In this document: positions 23,604 through 33,855 of the stretch, one piece after another | Numbering within the stretch: the first letter of the stretch is position 1 | Layout of the letters: each line of letters begins with the position of its first letter | UHGV virus genome: UHGV-1371623 | Source: a virus | Strand: one strand, 5' to 3' | Length of the DNA: 37,700 nt | The notes under the pieces: generated by a model | What the model saw: the letters and a program-made list of their open reading frames with translations, nothing else | The model's database searches: none | What the model was told of the DNA's origin: nothing | Program-made: the position numbers and the translations under genes

Positions 23604-25594
23604 TGGCTGCCCCGAGTATCAACTCAAAAATCAAACTGGACGGCGAGCGGGAATACAAGGCTGCGCTGGCCGAGATCAAGAGCGGCCTGAACGTCCTGAA
23701 ATCCGAGCTGAATCTCGCGTCCGAGCAGTTTCGGGATAACGCGGACAGTGTCGAAGCACTGACCAAGAAAAACGACATCCTCGACCGCACGATCCTGACG
23801 CAGAAGGAAAAAATCGAGCAGATCGAAAAGGCGCTCCAGTCCTCGGCCTCCGCCTACGGCGAAGCCGATGAGCGCACCAATCGCTGGAAAACGCAGCTCA
23901 ACAACGCACAGGCCGAATTGGTCAAGATGGAGCGTGCATTAAAGGACAACGAGGACGCGCTCCAAAAAGCACAGAGAGAGGCAGACGGCACGACGACCGC
24001 CTTTGGAAAGCTGAAAAAAGCCCTTTCCGACACCAAGGAACAGGGCGGCGGCATCAAGGGCCTGTTTGCCAATCTCAAGGAGGAGTTCTCCGGCAACAAC
24101 GAGGTGATGCGCGGCCTTGGAGACGCGCTGACGGATGTGGCCGGGAAGTTCGGCATCCAGCTCCCGGACGCTGCGAAAAAGGCTGTGGCGTCGCTCAATG
24201 GCATCCATGCGGGCACGGCCCTAGCCTATACGGGCCTAGGCCTTTTAGGTGCTGCGCTGGTTAAGGCTGAGAAAGCACTGATTTCCATGACGAAGAAAGG
24301 TGCTGAATATGCCAAGGAAATCAAGACGTTTTCCAGCGTCACTGGGCAGTCAGTGGAGAGTCTTCAGGAGTTCGATTATGCCGCCGAGATGATCGGCGTC
24401 TCGTCCGACCGCATCCGGGACAGCCTCAAAGAGACCACCAATAAGATGCAGGAGGCGCGGGACGGCAACGAGGCCACGGCGGCAGCCTATGCCAAGCTCG
24501 GCGTGTCCATCACGGACGCAAACGGCAACCTGTGCAGCGCGGAGGATGTCTTTTACGACACGATCGACGCGCTCGGCCAGATGGAGAATCGCACGGAGCG
24601 GGACGCGCTGGCCATGGATCTCATGTCCGAGTCTGCGCAGGAGCTGAACCCGTTGATTGATGCAGGCAGCGGCGCGCTGAAAAAGTACGCCGACGAGGCG
24701 CATGATATGGGCTATGTTCTGGACAACGAGGCGCTGACGGCTCTGACGGAGGTAGACGACGCATATCAGCGCCTGCAAAAATCGCAGGAGAGCGCGAAAA
24801 ATCAGCTCTCTGCCGAGTTTGCCCCGTACCTCACGGAATTTTATGAAAAGATCACGAAGCTCATCAAGGACGGCGGGAAGGCAATGAAGGAATCCGGCTT
24901 GGTGGATTCTTTCGGCATGCTGCTTGAGACAGTTGGAAACATCATCGCACCGACAGATGACTTGGCCAATGGAGCTGTTCCGAATCTCACAAAAGCGTTG
25001 CGGCCTCTGTCGGAGGTCATCGCGCTAATTGCTGACACACTTCAAGTGATTTCCGGCCTTGTCACTTTGGCCACAACACCTCTCTGGCATTTTAATAAAT
25101 GGGCTAGCGGGTTTACACAAATCGGAACAGGACTTGGCATGAACAAGAATCAGCCTAGCAACCAACAACGCCTTTGGGCACAGTGGGAAGGTGCTGACAC
25201 CAACGCCGCCACAAACGCAGCCGGATACGGCGCGTACTACGCCAACGGCAAGTATTACGGTAACCGTGATGCATACCTGCGCGAACAGTGGGAGTCAGAA
25301 CTGAACGCTGGAGGCGTTGTCGGCTCATTCGAGGCATGGAAACAGGCCATGGGTTACGCTCGGAACGCCAGCGGCACAGACTGGTTTCCCGGCGGGCGGA
25401 CGCTGCTGAGCGAGCACGGAGCGGAGACCGCGATCCTGCCGCAGGGCACGCGCATCCTGACCGCGCAGGAGACCCGCCAGAGCGGCGGAGACACCTATAA
25501 CATCACGATCGACGCCCACACGGTGCGGGAGTTTGAGGACATCCTCCGCATTGTTCAGGAGCGCCGTAGAGTGGTTCGGATGGGAGGAGCTTAA
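23603..25594 (+). CDS. Tail tape measure protein
   Basis: The 664-aa product is coiled-coil rich and sits in the canonical position after G/GT. Confidence 0.8.
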   Translation: MAAPSINSKIKLDGEREYKAALAEIKSGLNVLKSELNLASEQFRDNADSVEALTKKNDILDRTILTQKEKIEQIEKALQSSASAYGEADERTNRWKTQLNNAQAELVKMERALKDNEDALQKAQREADGTTTAFGKLKKALSDTKEQGGGIKGLFANLKEEFSGNNEVMRGLGDALTDVAGKFGIQLPDAAKKAVASLNGIHAGTALAYTGLGLLGAALVKAEKALISMTKKGAEYAKEIKTFSSVTGQSVESLQEFDYAAEMIGVSSDRIRDSLKETTNKMQEARDGNEATAAAYAKLGVSITDANGNLCSAEDVFYDTIDALGQMENRTERDALAMDLMSESAQELNPLIDAGSGALKKYADEAHDMGYVLDNEALTALTEVDDAYQRLQKSQESAKNQLSAEFAPYLTEFYEKITKLIKDGGKAMKESGLVDSFGMLLETVGNIIAPTDDLANGAVPNLTKALRPLSEVIALIADTLQVISGLVTLATTPLWHFNKWASGFTQIGTGLGMNKNQPSNQQRLWAQWEGADTNAATNAAGYGAYYANGKYYGNRDAYLREQWESELNAGGVVGSFEAWKQAMGYARNASGTDWFPGGRTLLSEHGAETAILPQGTRILTAQETRQSGGDTYNITIDAHTVREFEDILRIVQERRRVVRMGGA

Positions 25595-27553
25595 ATGCCA
25601 GAAATTACGCTTACAGGGGCACAGTGTGCAGGCATTAGCGCATCATTCCCGTCAACAAATTTCAGCACTGAATCTGTGTATGTTGCTGGTGACGCAAACG
25701 GACTAAGTGATATTTTATTTTCATTTGCTGCACCTCCGGAAGCTGCAAGATTTAAGGCCATCGAAAATGTAACCGTATATGTAAATTACCAAGTTTCTTT
25801 TTCTACTCTTGCGCAAAGCATTACATGGTATTATCTTCGAGGCCCATTCAACGAAAAAACAGTAACATACAACAATAAACCGAGCTATGGCGGTACGAAG
25901 CTGAGCGTCTATGTAAGTTCTGCCGGGTATAAGACGGTTGTCTCCACTACAACAAGCCTTGCATCCTACGTGCTGAAGTACGGGATCATGATTGCAACGA
26001 ACTATTACTGGGCATTTCAGTCAACCAGAAGCAGTAATCCACCATACGCGACGTTCCGTTATACCGACGAAACCGTAGGGCTTGCAATAAGCAACACATC
26101 CCCGTCACGCGGATCTATTGTTGCTGCAAATTCCAACACCTTCTCTTGGCGTGAATCTGTAAATGGGTACTGCTATGCAGACGTTTCGCGCACGTCTGCA
26201 AAATTCCGCTGGCGCAAATCTGCATCCGACACAGTCAAGGAGATCGACGTGCCTGGCACGGCCACCTCCATCACCATCCCGGCGAATACTTTTTCCGGCG
26301 ACAGCATCCAGTGGCAGATCAGCGTGACCGCGAACAGCGGCGTCACCACGACCTCCGATTGGATGACACTCTCGCTGACCGATGTGGAATCCACAGCCGT
26401 TGCGGTTGCGCCTGACCGGGCCGTGCTCGACGGAGCATCTGATAACGTGTTCAAGTGGGAACACATCATTTCGACCGGCACGGCCCAAACGAAGGCCGAA
26501 TTGCAGCAGAGCACAGACAGCAGCACATGGACGGCGCTGGCAACTGTCACCGGCGCGGCCAACACATGGACGGCTCCTGCCGGGACGTTTACCTCCGGCA
26601 CAAAATACTGGCGCGTGCGGACGTACAATTCCAAGGGTGCTGCGGGCGCATGGAGCGCTGCCACACAGTTTATTGTGCTGGCCGCCCCTGCAACACCACC
26701 CGTGTCTATCGTGTCCACAGAGCCGCGCCCGGAGATCCGCTGGCAGTCGGATGAGCAGCAAGCCTACCAAGTCGAGATCGATGGCGTCTATGCCTCCGGT
26801 ACGCGCTTCGGAACCGGGAAGACGTGGAAAGCCCCATTTTATCTGGCCGATGGCAGCTACACAGCGCGCGTCCGTGTGCAAAACGAATACGGCTTCTGGT
26901 CGCCGTGGGGCACGGCGGCGCTCCCGGTCGTAAACGTACCGGGCGGCGCGATCACGCTGACCGCCGAGGGCGGCATTGAGGCGGCGCTCAGCTGGACGCC
27001 GGGCAGCTTTGACTACTATCTGGTCTACCGGGACGGCGTGGCCATCGCGAAGGTCACGGAACCGAGCTACACCGACGCAGCCAGCATTGGTGGTGTGCGC
27101 TATCAGGTGCGCGGCTGCTACGACAACAGCGACAATTACAGTCTGTCCGAGGCCGTGGAGGTCACGGTCAGCACAGACAAAGTCCGACTCTACGACATGG
27201 AGCGCGGCGAGTGGCTGCACTTCCTTTACGATTCCTCGGCGCACCGCAGCACGGGTCTGAGCCTGTCCCAGGACATCCAATACGTCCAGCTCTCCGGCCA
27301 CACCTACCCGGTCGCGGAGCGGAGCGAATTTAAGTCCCGCGCGCTGCGGATCACCTGCGTCTGCGCGGACGACGCGGAGCGGCAGTCTCTCAGGGCACTG
27401 CTCGGACACCTGACCTGCTGCAAGACGCCGGAGGGCAACATGACCATCGGCTACCCGGCCAGCATCTCGGAAAGCTCCGATGATTTCTTCAGCACCTATT
27501 CTTTCACCATCGAGCAGATCGACCGAAAGGAGGAGATCGACCTTGATTCGTGA
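25595..27553 (+). CDS. Large distal-tail-position protein with several FN3-like repeats; the N-terminal ~500 bp is AT-rich (mosaic)
   Basis: FN3-like signatures include TWTAPAGTFTSGTKYWRVRTYNSKGAAGAWS and YTARVRVQNEYGFWSPWG. The position directly after the TMP matches Dit. Composition shifts at about 25600-26100. Confidence 0.6.
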   Translation: MPEITLTGAQCAGISASFPSTNFSTESVYVAGDANGLSDILFSFAAPPEAARFKAIENVTVYVNYQVSFSTLAQSITWYYLRGPFNEKTVTYNNKPSYGGTKLSVYVSSAGYKTVVSTTTSLASYVLKYGIMIATNYYWAFQSTRSSNPPYATFRYTDETVGLAISNTSPSRGSIVAANSNTFSWRESVNGYCYADVSRTSAKFRWRKSASDTVKEIDVPGTATSITIPANTFSGDSIQWQISVTANSGVTTTSDWMTLSLTDVESTAVAVAPDRAVLDGASDNVFKWEHIISTGTAQTKAELQQSTDSSTWTALATVTGAANTWTAPAGTFTSGTKYWRVRTYNSKGAAGAWSAATQFIVLAAPATPPVSIVSTEPRPEIRWQSDEQQAYQVEIDGVYASGTRFGTGKTWKAPFYLADGSYTARVRVQNEYGFWSPWGTAALPVVNVPGGAITLTAEGGIEAALSWTPGSFDYYLVYRDGVAIAKVTEPSYTDAASIGGVRYQVRGCYDNSDNYSLSEAVEVTVSTDKVRLYDMERGEWLHFLYDSSAHRSTGLSLSQDIQYVQLSGHTYPVAERSEFKSRALRITCVCADDAERQSLRALLGHLTCCKTPEGNMTIGYPASISESSDDFFSTYSFTIEQIDRKEEIDLDS

Positions 27554-28586
27554 CGTCTCTTACCACGTCAACGTCCTGCGCAACGGAGCCGAGTTTGCCC
27601 GGCTCCATTGGCGCAGCGGCGACAACCCCAACATCATGATCAACAAGGATGCCGAGATCAAAGGCAGCTTCTCCGGGCGGTTCTACGTCCCCGACACGGT
27701 CGATCTGCTATCAGACGAGCTGCAGCCCGTCATGCGGCTGAACGGCGTGGAGACGCCGCTGGGCGTCTTCCAGACGGCGACTCCGAGCCGCGCGACCGAC
27801 CGCTACAACACGGTCGTCCAGATCGAGGCATACGACCGCTGCTGGCGGCTGCAAAACCAGCGCACGGAGAACATCCTGCACATCGCCGCCGGCACGTCCT
27901 ACATTACGAAGATCCGCCAGATGCTCACGGAGGCCGGGATCGGGCTGGTCATTGCGGCTCCGTCCACAGCCACGCTCCAAACCGACCGCGAGGATTGGGA
28001 GATCGGTACGACCTATCTGTCCATCATCAATCAGCTTCTGGCCGAAATCAATTACAGCGACGTGTGGTTCGACGGCAGCGGCATCGCGCATTTGGAGCCG
28101 TATGAACAGCCCAGCGCCGACCGCATCGATCATGCCTATTCCGATACCGACGTCGTCCACGCGCAGCCGATCGGGCCGGATCACAACGACGAGACGGACA
28201 TTTTCAACGCGCCGAACGTCTTTGTCCGAATCTGCAGCAACCCGGATCTCGATGCCGACATGGTGGCCACGGCGGTCAACGAGTCCCCGACGTCCAGCAC
28301 GTCCACGTTCAAACGCAAAATGCGCATCGTGGATGTGCAGCGTGTGGACAACATTGCGAGCCAAGATGAGCTTCAGGCCGCCGCAGACCGCGCCCGGAAT
28401 GAATCCATGTTAGCGGCACGAACCATCACATTTCAGACACTTAATGAGCCGGGCCACGGCGTCGGGGACATCATCTCCATCGACGACCCGGAACTGGCTG
28501 GAATCTACGAGGAGACCGGCTGGTCGCTGACCATGGCCGCCGGCCAGATGATGCAGCACACAGCGAAAAGGACGGTGATTGCATGA
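27544..28586 (+). CDS. Tail-associated (Tal / gp27-like N-domain) protein; TTG start
   Basis: A GGAGGAG RBS lies 7 nt before TTG. The 347-aa gene follows the Dit-position gene. Confidence 0.5.
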
Positions 28587-28822
28587 TGGATCTGTTTACG
28601 GCCATGCTGGAGAGCCCGCATGAATCGCCGCTGCTCTCGCTGGCGACGATCGGCGCGAAGTACACGGACGGCATCTCGCTAATCTTCCCCGGCCAGACCG
28701 AGGCAACTGCGAAGCACTACCGCTGCAATCCGGACGTCACCTTCGCTGCGGGCAATCGCGTCCTGATCGCCCGCGTCAGCGGCAGCTATGTGGTGCTGTG
28801 CAAGGTCGGCAAGCCAAAGTAA
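28583..28822 (+). CDS. Small tail/baseplate hypothetical protein
   Basis: The 79-aa ORF overlaps its neighbours, suggesting coupling. Confidence 0.4.
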   Translation: MMDLFTAMLESPHESPLLSLATIGAKYTDGISLIFPGQTEATAKHYRCNPDVTFAAGNRVLIARVSGSYVVLCKVGKPK

Positions 28823-28831
28823 GGAGGTAGC

Positions 28832-29153
28832 TATGAGCCTGAAAATCATGCAAGGCGACCAGTACGCCATTGTATTTACTGGGACGCAGGACGGCGCGTC
28901 GCTCGACCTATCCAAGATTGAGATGATCGAGTTCATCGTTGGGAAGCTGCGCAAAATCTACCCCGGCGAGGTCACGACGGACACGGACGGAAACTTCCTG
29001 TTCCCTCTGACGCAGGAGGAAACCTTCCAGTTCAAAAGCGCTTCTCAGGCCGTCCAGATTCGCGTCAAGTTTACCGGCGCGGAGCCGGTGGTCATCGGCA
29101 CCAGCATTGAGGGCATCCGCGTAAGCGATTCCATCAGTAAGGTGGTGCTGTGA
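28832..29153 (+). CDS. Hypothetical tail protein
   Basis: An AAGGAGG RBS precedes the start. The product is 107 aa. Confidence 0.45.
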
Positions 29154-29344
29154 TGATCCACTTTGATATCGGCGGAAAGCCGAGCATCCAATTCAGTCTG
29201 CCGCCTTTGCGGGTGTCACCCGGCGGCAGTGGCGGCGGCAACGTCTCATCTGCGCAGATCAACACCATCGTAGCCCTCGACCGGGCGGAATATGACGCGC
29301 TGGCCGTCAAGGACGTGAAGACACTGTATCTGATTCGGGGGTGA
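29150..29344 (+). CDS. Hypothetical small protein
   Basis: The start overlaps the upstream stop. A Gly-rich segment GGSGGGN is present. Confidence 0.35.
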   Translation: MMIHFDIGGKPSIQFSLPPLRVSPGGSGGGNVSSAQINTIVALDRAEYDALAVKDVKTLYLIRG

Positions 29345-29348
29345 CGGA

Positions 29349-29492
29349 ATGATCACAGTCGGAGAAGAACAGCTAAAGGAGTTGTTTGTCGGTGAGATGG
29401 GCATCAAGAATGCCTGCATCGGCGAAGAACCCATCTATACCCGCCAGGGCGGATATTTATACATCGAACTGAACGAAAAGAAAGGGGCATAA
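29349..29492 (+). CDS. Hypothetical small protein (47 aa; below the ORF-track cutoff)
   Basis: An ATG sits 4 nt after GGGGGTGA. The product is MITVGEEQLKELFVGEMGIKNACIGEEPIYTRQGGYLYIELNEKKGA. Confidence 0.3.
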   Translation: MITVGEEQLKELFVGEMGIKNACIGEEPIYTRQGGYLYIELNEKKGA

Positions 29493-29495
29493 CCT

Positions 29496-30158
29496 ATGGC
29501 AAGTTTTTTCAATCTAATTCTTGATACGCTGGCACCGGCTGGGCTTGCCTTAAAGCTCAACAGCGGTGCGACGTATGCAACCAGCAACACCGTCACCGCA
29601 ACGATCACGCTGACGGATGAAACCAAAACCGGCTACCAGATGAAGCTCTGGGGCATCAAGGCGGCTGCAACGGAAGAGGACGCATCGTGGGAAACCTTCG
29701 CGGCCAGCAAGTCTATCGTCCTGACGGAAGGCGATGGCCTGAAAACCGTACATATCAAGGTGCGGGACGATGTCGGCAACGAAACGGCTGCGGTCACAGC
29801 GTCTATCACGGTCAATACGGCAGTTCCGGTGATCACAATCACTGGTCCCGATAAGACCAGGATTTCCAAAGTCTCCGGCTTCGACACCTGCGCGTTCTCT
29901 TTCACCTGCGACGTGGACTTCGAGGAATACACGGTGCGTGTTGTGCCGAGCACTAGCAGTCTCCACGACGCCGGTACGCAGATCCCGACCACTGGCGGTT
30001 CCAGCAACACCAGCGGCACGGCTGGAGGCTACAAGAAGGCCACGGCGATTGATGTCACCATCAAGGGCACTGACCTTGCGACGGCATCCTCCGGCGACGG
30101 TACGAAGATCATCAAGGTCTTTGTGAAAAACGCCGCCGGGACTTGGAGCGTGGCATAA
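29496..30158 (+). CDS. Ig-like (BIG-like) domain tail fibre / decoration protein
   Basis: An AAAGGGG RBS precedes the start. There are two beta-rich Thr/Val-rich Ig-like segments, for example TVTATITLTDETKTGYQMKLWG and TASITVNTAVPVITITGPDKT. Confidence 0.5.
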   Translation: MASFFNLILDTLAPAGLALKLNSGATYATSNTVTATITLTDETKTGYQMKLWGIKAAATEEDASWETFAASKSIVLTEGDGLKTVHIKVRDDVGNETAAVTASITVNTAVPVITITGPDKTRISKVSGFDTCAFSFTCDVDFEEYTVRVVPSTSSLHDAGTQIPTTGGSSNTSGTAGGYKKATAIDVTIKGTDLATASSGDGTKIIKVFVKNAAGTWSVA

Positions 30159-30535
30159 TGGCCGCGCCGGGACTGACGTTCACCATCACGGGGAATAAGA
30201 TTTCGGCAGTCTCCGGGTACGATTCCATCACCGTCAAATTCTCGTCGGACATCGCCTACACGGCCTTTGAATGCCGCGCGACGAAAACCGGCGAGGACTG
30301 GGGGCGAGGGAAAGGGGCGCTCATTGCGTCCTTTTCCCAGACCCCGGCGGGGACGGAGCGAACCTTTGAGGTCTACGACGATTTCCTCTTGAATGGTGAC
30401 GGAGAATACAGAATTTCTCTATACGCACAGGGGGCGGACGGAAGCTGGAATGACAACTATGGTTTTGTGCCGTCCGGCACGACCAAGACCATGCTGACGG
30501 CAGACGGCAAGGAATTTCTCTGCATGAAGGAGTGA
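30158..30535 (+). CDS. Ig-like domain tail protein
   Basis: A TAATG overlap couples it to the upstream gene. The product LTFTITGNKISAVSGYDSITVKFSSD... is Ig-like. Confidence 0.45.
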   Translation: MAAPGLTFTITGNKISAVSGYDSITVKFSSDIAYTAFECRATKTGEDWGRGKGALIASFSQTPAGTERTFEVYDDFLLNGDGEYRISLYAQGADGSWNDNYGFVPSGTTKTMLTADGKEFLCMKE

Positions 30536-30539
30536 TTTT

Positions 30540-30737
30540 ATGGAAGACCAGTACAACAGTGCGCACACTGGCGCAGAGATCGATCAGGCGGTGTCTGACG
30601 TTCAGAACAACAAGGTCGCATGGAGCGCGAAGGAGCTGCCCACGGTCACCACCGCTGACAATGGAAAATTCCTACGTGTTGTGTCCGGCGCATGGGCGGC
30701 TGTAGAGATCGCAAACGCGAATGGAGGTAGCTTCTGA
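30540..30737 (+). CDS. Hypothetical small protein
   Basis: An AAGGAGTGA RBS precedes the start. The product is 65 aa. Confidence 0.4.
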   Translation: MEDQYNSAHTGAEIDQAVSDVQNNKVAWSAKELPTVTTADNGKFLRVVSGAWAAVEIANANGGSF

Positions 30738-31849
30738 TGGCGGAGCTTTTGACAAACACAACCGACCTGACAAAGGTTGCATCGGCTATCCGGGAAAAAG
30801 GCGGCACATCAGATTCGCTTGTATACCCGGACGGATTTGTGACAGCCATTCAGGCCATTCAGACCGGTACAGAGCTGAAAATTGTGGTAAGCGTTACCTC
30901 TGGGGCAGCGGTGACGGCGACAAAGGGGAGCAATACCGTGAGCGGCACATCCGTCAATGGAACGTGTACGCTGACTGTTCCGGAGGCTGGCACATGGAGC
31001 GTCAAGGCTACGCTGGGTGGGGAAACGTCCAATACGAAAAGCGTCACTTTTACGGACAGTTATGATGTGACCCTTGCTTTTGTGTCACCTACGTTGAATG
31101 ACAACGATTGGACGAAAATTAGAGAGGTATCTGACAAAGGTGACGGTGCGAACTATTGGAGCATTGGCGACCGCAAGGCGGTCACGCTGAACGGCACAGT
31201 TGGCACGTTGACGCTGTCAAACTATACGATCTACGCATTCATTCTGGGGTTTAATCACAATGCCGAGCTTGAAGGCCAAAACCGCATTCACTTCCAGCTG
31301 GGCAAAACCGCACTGTCCGGTGGTACGGATGTTGCCCTCTGTGACTACGCCTATAATAACATGGGCGGCGGATTCAGAATGAACACCAGCAACACGAACA
31401 ATGGCGGGTGGGAAAGCTCGCAAATGCGTACTGCGATTTGCGGTACAAGCCTGACAAGCTATTCCGGCACGATTCTTGCTGTCATCCCGGCAGCACTCCG
31501 CGCCGTTCTGAAATCCGTCACGAAGTACACGAATAACATAGGTAATAGCTACGCCGAGACTGCGGTAACGGCAACGACAGATTACTTTTTCCTCCTGTCT
31601 GAATATGAAGTATTCGGGGCAAAAAAATACAGTAACGTGGATGAGAAAAACAAACAAGCTCAATACGCATATTACAGCGCGGGCAACAGCAAAATCAAGT
31701 ACAATCACGGTGCGACAAGCACAGCCGTCATTGTGTGGTTGCGCTCTTCCGCGTACCAAGCCTATTTCGTAAGTGTGAAGGTTGATGGGACGGTTGATAC
31801 TCAATTCGCAGGCTACTCGGAAGGTTTTGCCCCAGGTTTTTGTGTATAG
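30737..31849 (+). CDS. Putative receptor-binding / tail fibre protein (low-GC module)
   Basis: A GGAGGT RBS precedes the start. The 370-aa product is Thr/Ser/Asn/Gly-rich and beta-type. It is AT-richer than its neighbours, which is typical of exchangeable RBP modules. Confidence 0.5.
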   Translation: MAELLTNTTDLTKVASAIREKGGTSDSLVYPDGFVTAIQAIQTGTELKIVVSVTSGAAVTATKGSNTVSGTSVNGTCTLTVPEAGTWSVKATLGGETSNTKSVTFTDSYDVTLAFVSPTLNDNDWTKIREVSDKGDGANYWSIGDRKAVTLNGTVGTLTLSNYTIYAFILGFNHNAELEGQNRIHFQLGKTALSGGTDVALCDYAYNNMGGGFRMNTSNTNNGGWESSQMRTAICGTSLTSYSGTILAVIPAALRAVLKSVTKYTNNIGNSYAETAVTATTDYFFLLSEYEVFGAKKYSNVDEKNKQAQYAYYSAGNSKIKYNHGATSTAVIVWLRSSAYQAYFVSVKVDGTVDTQFAGYSEGFAPGFCV

Positions 31850-31858
31850 GGAGGCATT

Positions 31859-32227
31859 ATGGACTACATCACATACAAACGGTTCAAAGGAAAAAGCATT
31901 TCCGGGGAGATCAATATTCCGTTCGGCACGATTTTGCAGGAGCGTGAAAAATTCCTCTATCTGGACGGAAAGCCGATCTGCTGCGTGACGAGTGAAAACG
32001 GCTGGAATCATTTTCGACCACTGACTGATGAGGGCAAATACCGGCAGGATATGTTGGAAAAGCTCTACAGCTGGTATACAAAGCACGGATGCGGTGAGGA
32101 TTTCACCGATGAGAACTGGCCGGGACAGGAGAACGGCTATTGGAAGAACCGGTTGAGAACAGCCAGCACGGAACGGTTGAAACAGATCTATTTTGAGAAA
32201 TTCGGGGTGATGCCATGTATGCAGTAA
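31859..32227 (+). CDS. Hypothetical protein
   Basis: A GGGAGG RBS precedes the start. The product is 122 aa. Confidence 0.45.
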   Translation: MDYITYKRFKGKSISGEINIPFGTILQEREKFLYLDGKPICCVTSENGWNHFRPLTDEGKYRQDMLEKLYSWYTKHGCGEDFTDENWPGQENGYWKNRLRTASTERLKQIYFEKFGVMPCMQ

Positions 32228-32526
32228 AAAAAGAGGGTGCGTTTGCCGGGTATGCGGACAGCATTATGCTCATCCGGCTGCATAGCAACGGCTGCTATGT
32301 ACCGTGCAAGGAGGCCGAGGCCGAGGGCTTTTGTGCGAAGATGGCCGTGACGCTGACCGACGAGGACGGTAAGGAGTATCAGGCACTTTCTGACACGGTG
32401 TTCCGGCTTGCGGGCAAGTTGTTGAAAGGCACAGAGCCGGAGGGCAGCTATGAGGAAATGGGTGCGGCGATCCCGCTGACGGATGCAGAAACAGCGGCAA
32501 AAATTTTACTTGGGGAGGCGGAATGA
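32215..32526 (+). CDS. Hypothetical protein
   Basis: A GGGGTGA RBS precedes the start. The product is 103 aa. Confidence 0.4.
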   Translation: MYAVKKEGAFAGYADSIMLIRLHSNGCYVPCKEAEAEGFCAKMAVTLTDEDGKEYQALSDTVFRLAGKLLKGTEPEGSYEEMGAAIPLTDAETAAKILLGEAE

Positions 32527-32960
32527 TGACCTACACAGAAAGGGCCAGAGCATTGCGCCCCTATATCGTCAAGGCTTCAGCCAGTCTGACGGATGCAGAC
32601 GCGCTAAAGGCAATGGAGCTGTATGACCGCTGGGCGGCAGGAATGTCCGTGGAGGTCAACGACCGGCTGGTCTATGCAGACAGGCTCTATCGCGTGACAC
32701 AGGCCCACACGACACAGGAGAGCTGGGAGCCGGACAAAGTCCCGGCGCTGTTTACCGTCATCGACGAGACCCACGCGGGCACACAGGACGACCCCATTCC
32801 AGCCGCAAAAGGCATGGAGTACACCTACGGACTTTACTACACAGACCCGGAGGACGGAAAGCTCTACCGCTGCGAACGGACGGGCGAGCAGCCGGGCGGC
32901 AAGGTGACGCTTCAGTTCCTGCCTCATGAGCTGGTGGGGCTGTATTTTACCGAAGTATAA
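32523..32960 (+). CDS. Hypothetical protein
   Basis: A GGGGAGG RBS precedes the start. The product is 145 aa. Confidence 0.45.
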   Translation: MMTYTERARALRPYIVKASASLTDADALKAMELYDRWAAGMSVEVNDRLVYADRLYRVTQAHTTQESWEPDKVPALFTVIDETHAGTQDDPIPAAKGMEYTYGLYYTDPEDGKLYRCERTGEQPGGKVTLQFLPHELVGLYFTEV

Positions 32961-32972
32961 AGGAGAAAAGAG

Positions 32973-33269
32973 ATGGATGATGGAATTCAGGCACTGGTTG
33001 CGTCGATTGAAGCGCGATGCAAGAGCAACACGCACCGCATTGACGATCTGGAAGCAGACAACAAGGCCCTGCATCAGCTGGCGACCTCGGTAGAGGTGCT
33101 GGCGACGAAGCAGGAGACAATCGAGGCCAATGTCAGCGAGATCAAGGACGACGTTAAGAGCCTCAAGGCCATTCCGGGCGGGAAATGGGAGGCGCTGGTC
33201 AAGGCAGTCCTCACGGCCATTGTGGGGGCGCTGGTCGGCTTTGCGATGGCTCATGCGGGGGTTGTGTAA
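32973..33269 (+). CDS. xhlA: Hemolysin XhlA-family lysis-associated protein
   Basis: An AAAGGAGAA RBS precedes the start. An N-terminal coiled coil is followed by GGKWEALVKAVLTAIVGALVGFAM, the XhlA-type C-terminal TM segment. Confidence 0.65.
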   Translation: MDDGIQALVASIEARCKSNTHRIDDLEADNKALHQLATSVEVLATKQETIEANVSEIKDDVKSLKAIPGGKWEALVKAVLTAIVGALVGFAMAHAGVV

Positions 33270-33526
33270 TGGAGACTTCAAAAAAGCTGCTGATTGGCAG
33301 CGCGGCGGCAAGCGTCGTTTGCATTATCCTGAATGTGCTCGGCGTGCTGAGTGTGGAGGTCACGCTGGCAGTCATCGGATTTGCGACGGCGATTGGGATG
33401 TTTTACCTGTGGAAGGCCAAGAACGAGAACCGAAGCAAATACGCAATCAAGTACATCGAGCGCCTGCCGGAAACGTATACGGCAGAGGAAAAGGCACGGT
33501 TTTTGGAGATCGTGCTGAAGGATTGA
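33269..33526 (+). CDS. Holin-like protein with two TM helices
   Basis: A TAATG overlap couples it to xhlA. The TM segments are LLIGSAAASVVCIILNVLGVL and VTLAVIGFATAIGMFYLW, followed by a charged tail. Confidence 0.55.
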   Translation: METSKKLLIGSAAASVVCIILNVLGVLSVEVTLAVIGFATAIGMFYLWKAKNENRSKYAIKYIERLPETYTAEEKARFLEIVLKD

Positions 33527-33538
33527 AAGGAGTTACTT

Positions 33539-33841
33539 ATGAAAAAACTGTTTATCTCTCAGCCCATGAAGGGCAAGAGCAAAGAAGAAATACTTGCAGA
33601 TCGCAAAGATGCACTCCGGTGCGCGAGGGAGATTGTCGGGGATGAGATAGAAGTTATTGATACATATTTCGAGACGCACCCGGACGTGCAGAACACGGCG
33701 CTCTGGTGTCTCGGTCGGTCTTTGGAGCTGCTGGCGACGGCTGACGTTGCGTACTTTGCCCCCGGGTGGAAGAACGCCCGCGGCTGCAAGATTGAGCATA
33801 TCTGCGCGGAGCAGTACGGTATCAACATCGTAGAAGCGTGA
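33539..33841 (+). CDS. DUF4406 / nucleoside 2-deoxyribosyltransferase-like fold protein embedded in the lysis cassette
   Basis: An AAAGGAG RBS precedes the start. The pattern MKKLFISQPMKGKSKEEI...ALRCAREIVGDEIEVID...ELLATADVAYFAPGWKNARGCKIEHICAEQYGINIV matches the DUF4406 fold pattern. Confidence 0.45.
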   Translation: MKKLFISQPMKGKSKEEILADRKDALRCAREIVGDEIEVIDTYFETHPDVQNTALWCLGRSLELLATADVAYFAPGWKNARGCKIEHICAEQYGINIVEA

Positions 33842-33855
33842 AAGGAGTACATAAC

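Noticed and set aside
26105-28364. Minus-strand ORFs 26105..27409 (434 aa) and 27711..28364, and plus ORFs 26382..26933 and 27608..28105
   Set aside because: They overlap the tail genes in other frames and are Arg/Gly/Pro-rich GC-frame artefacts.
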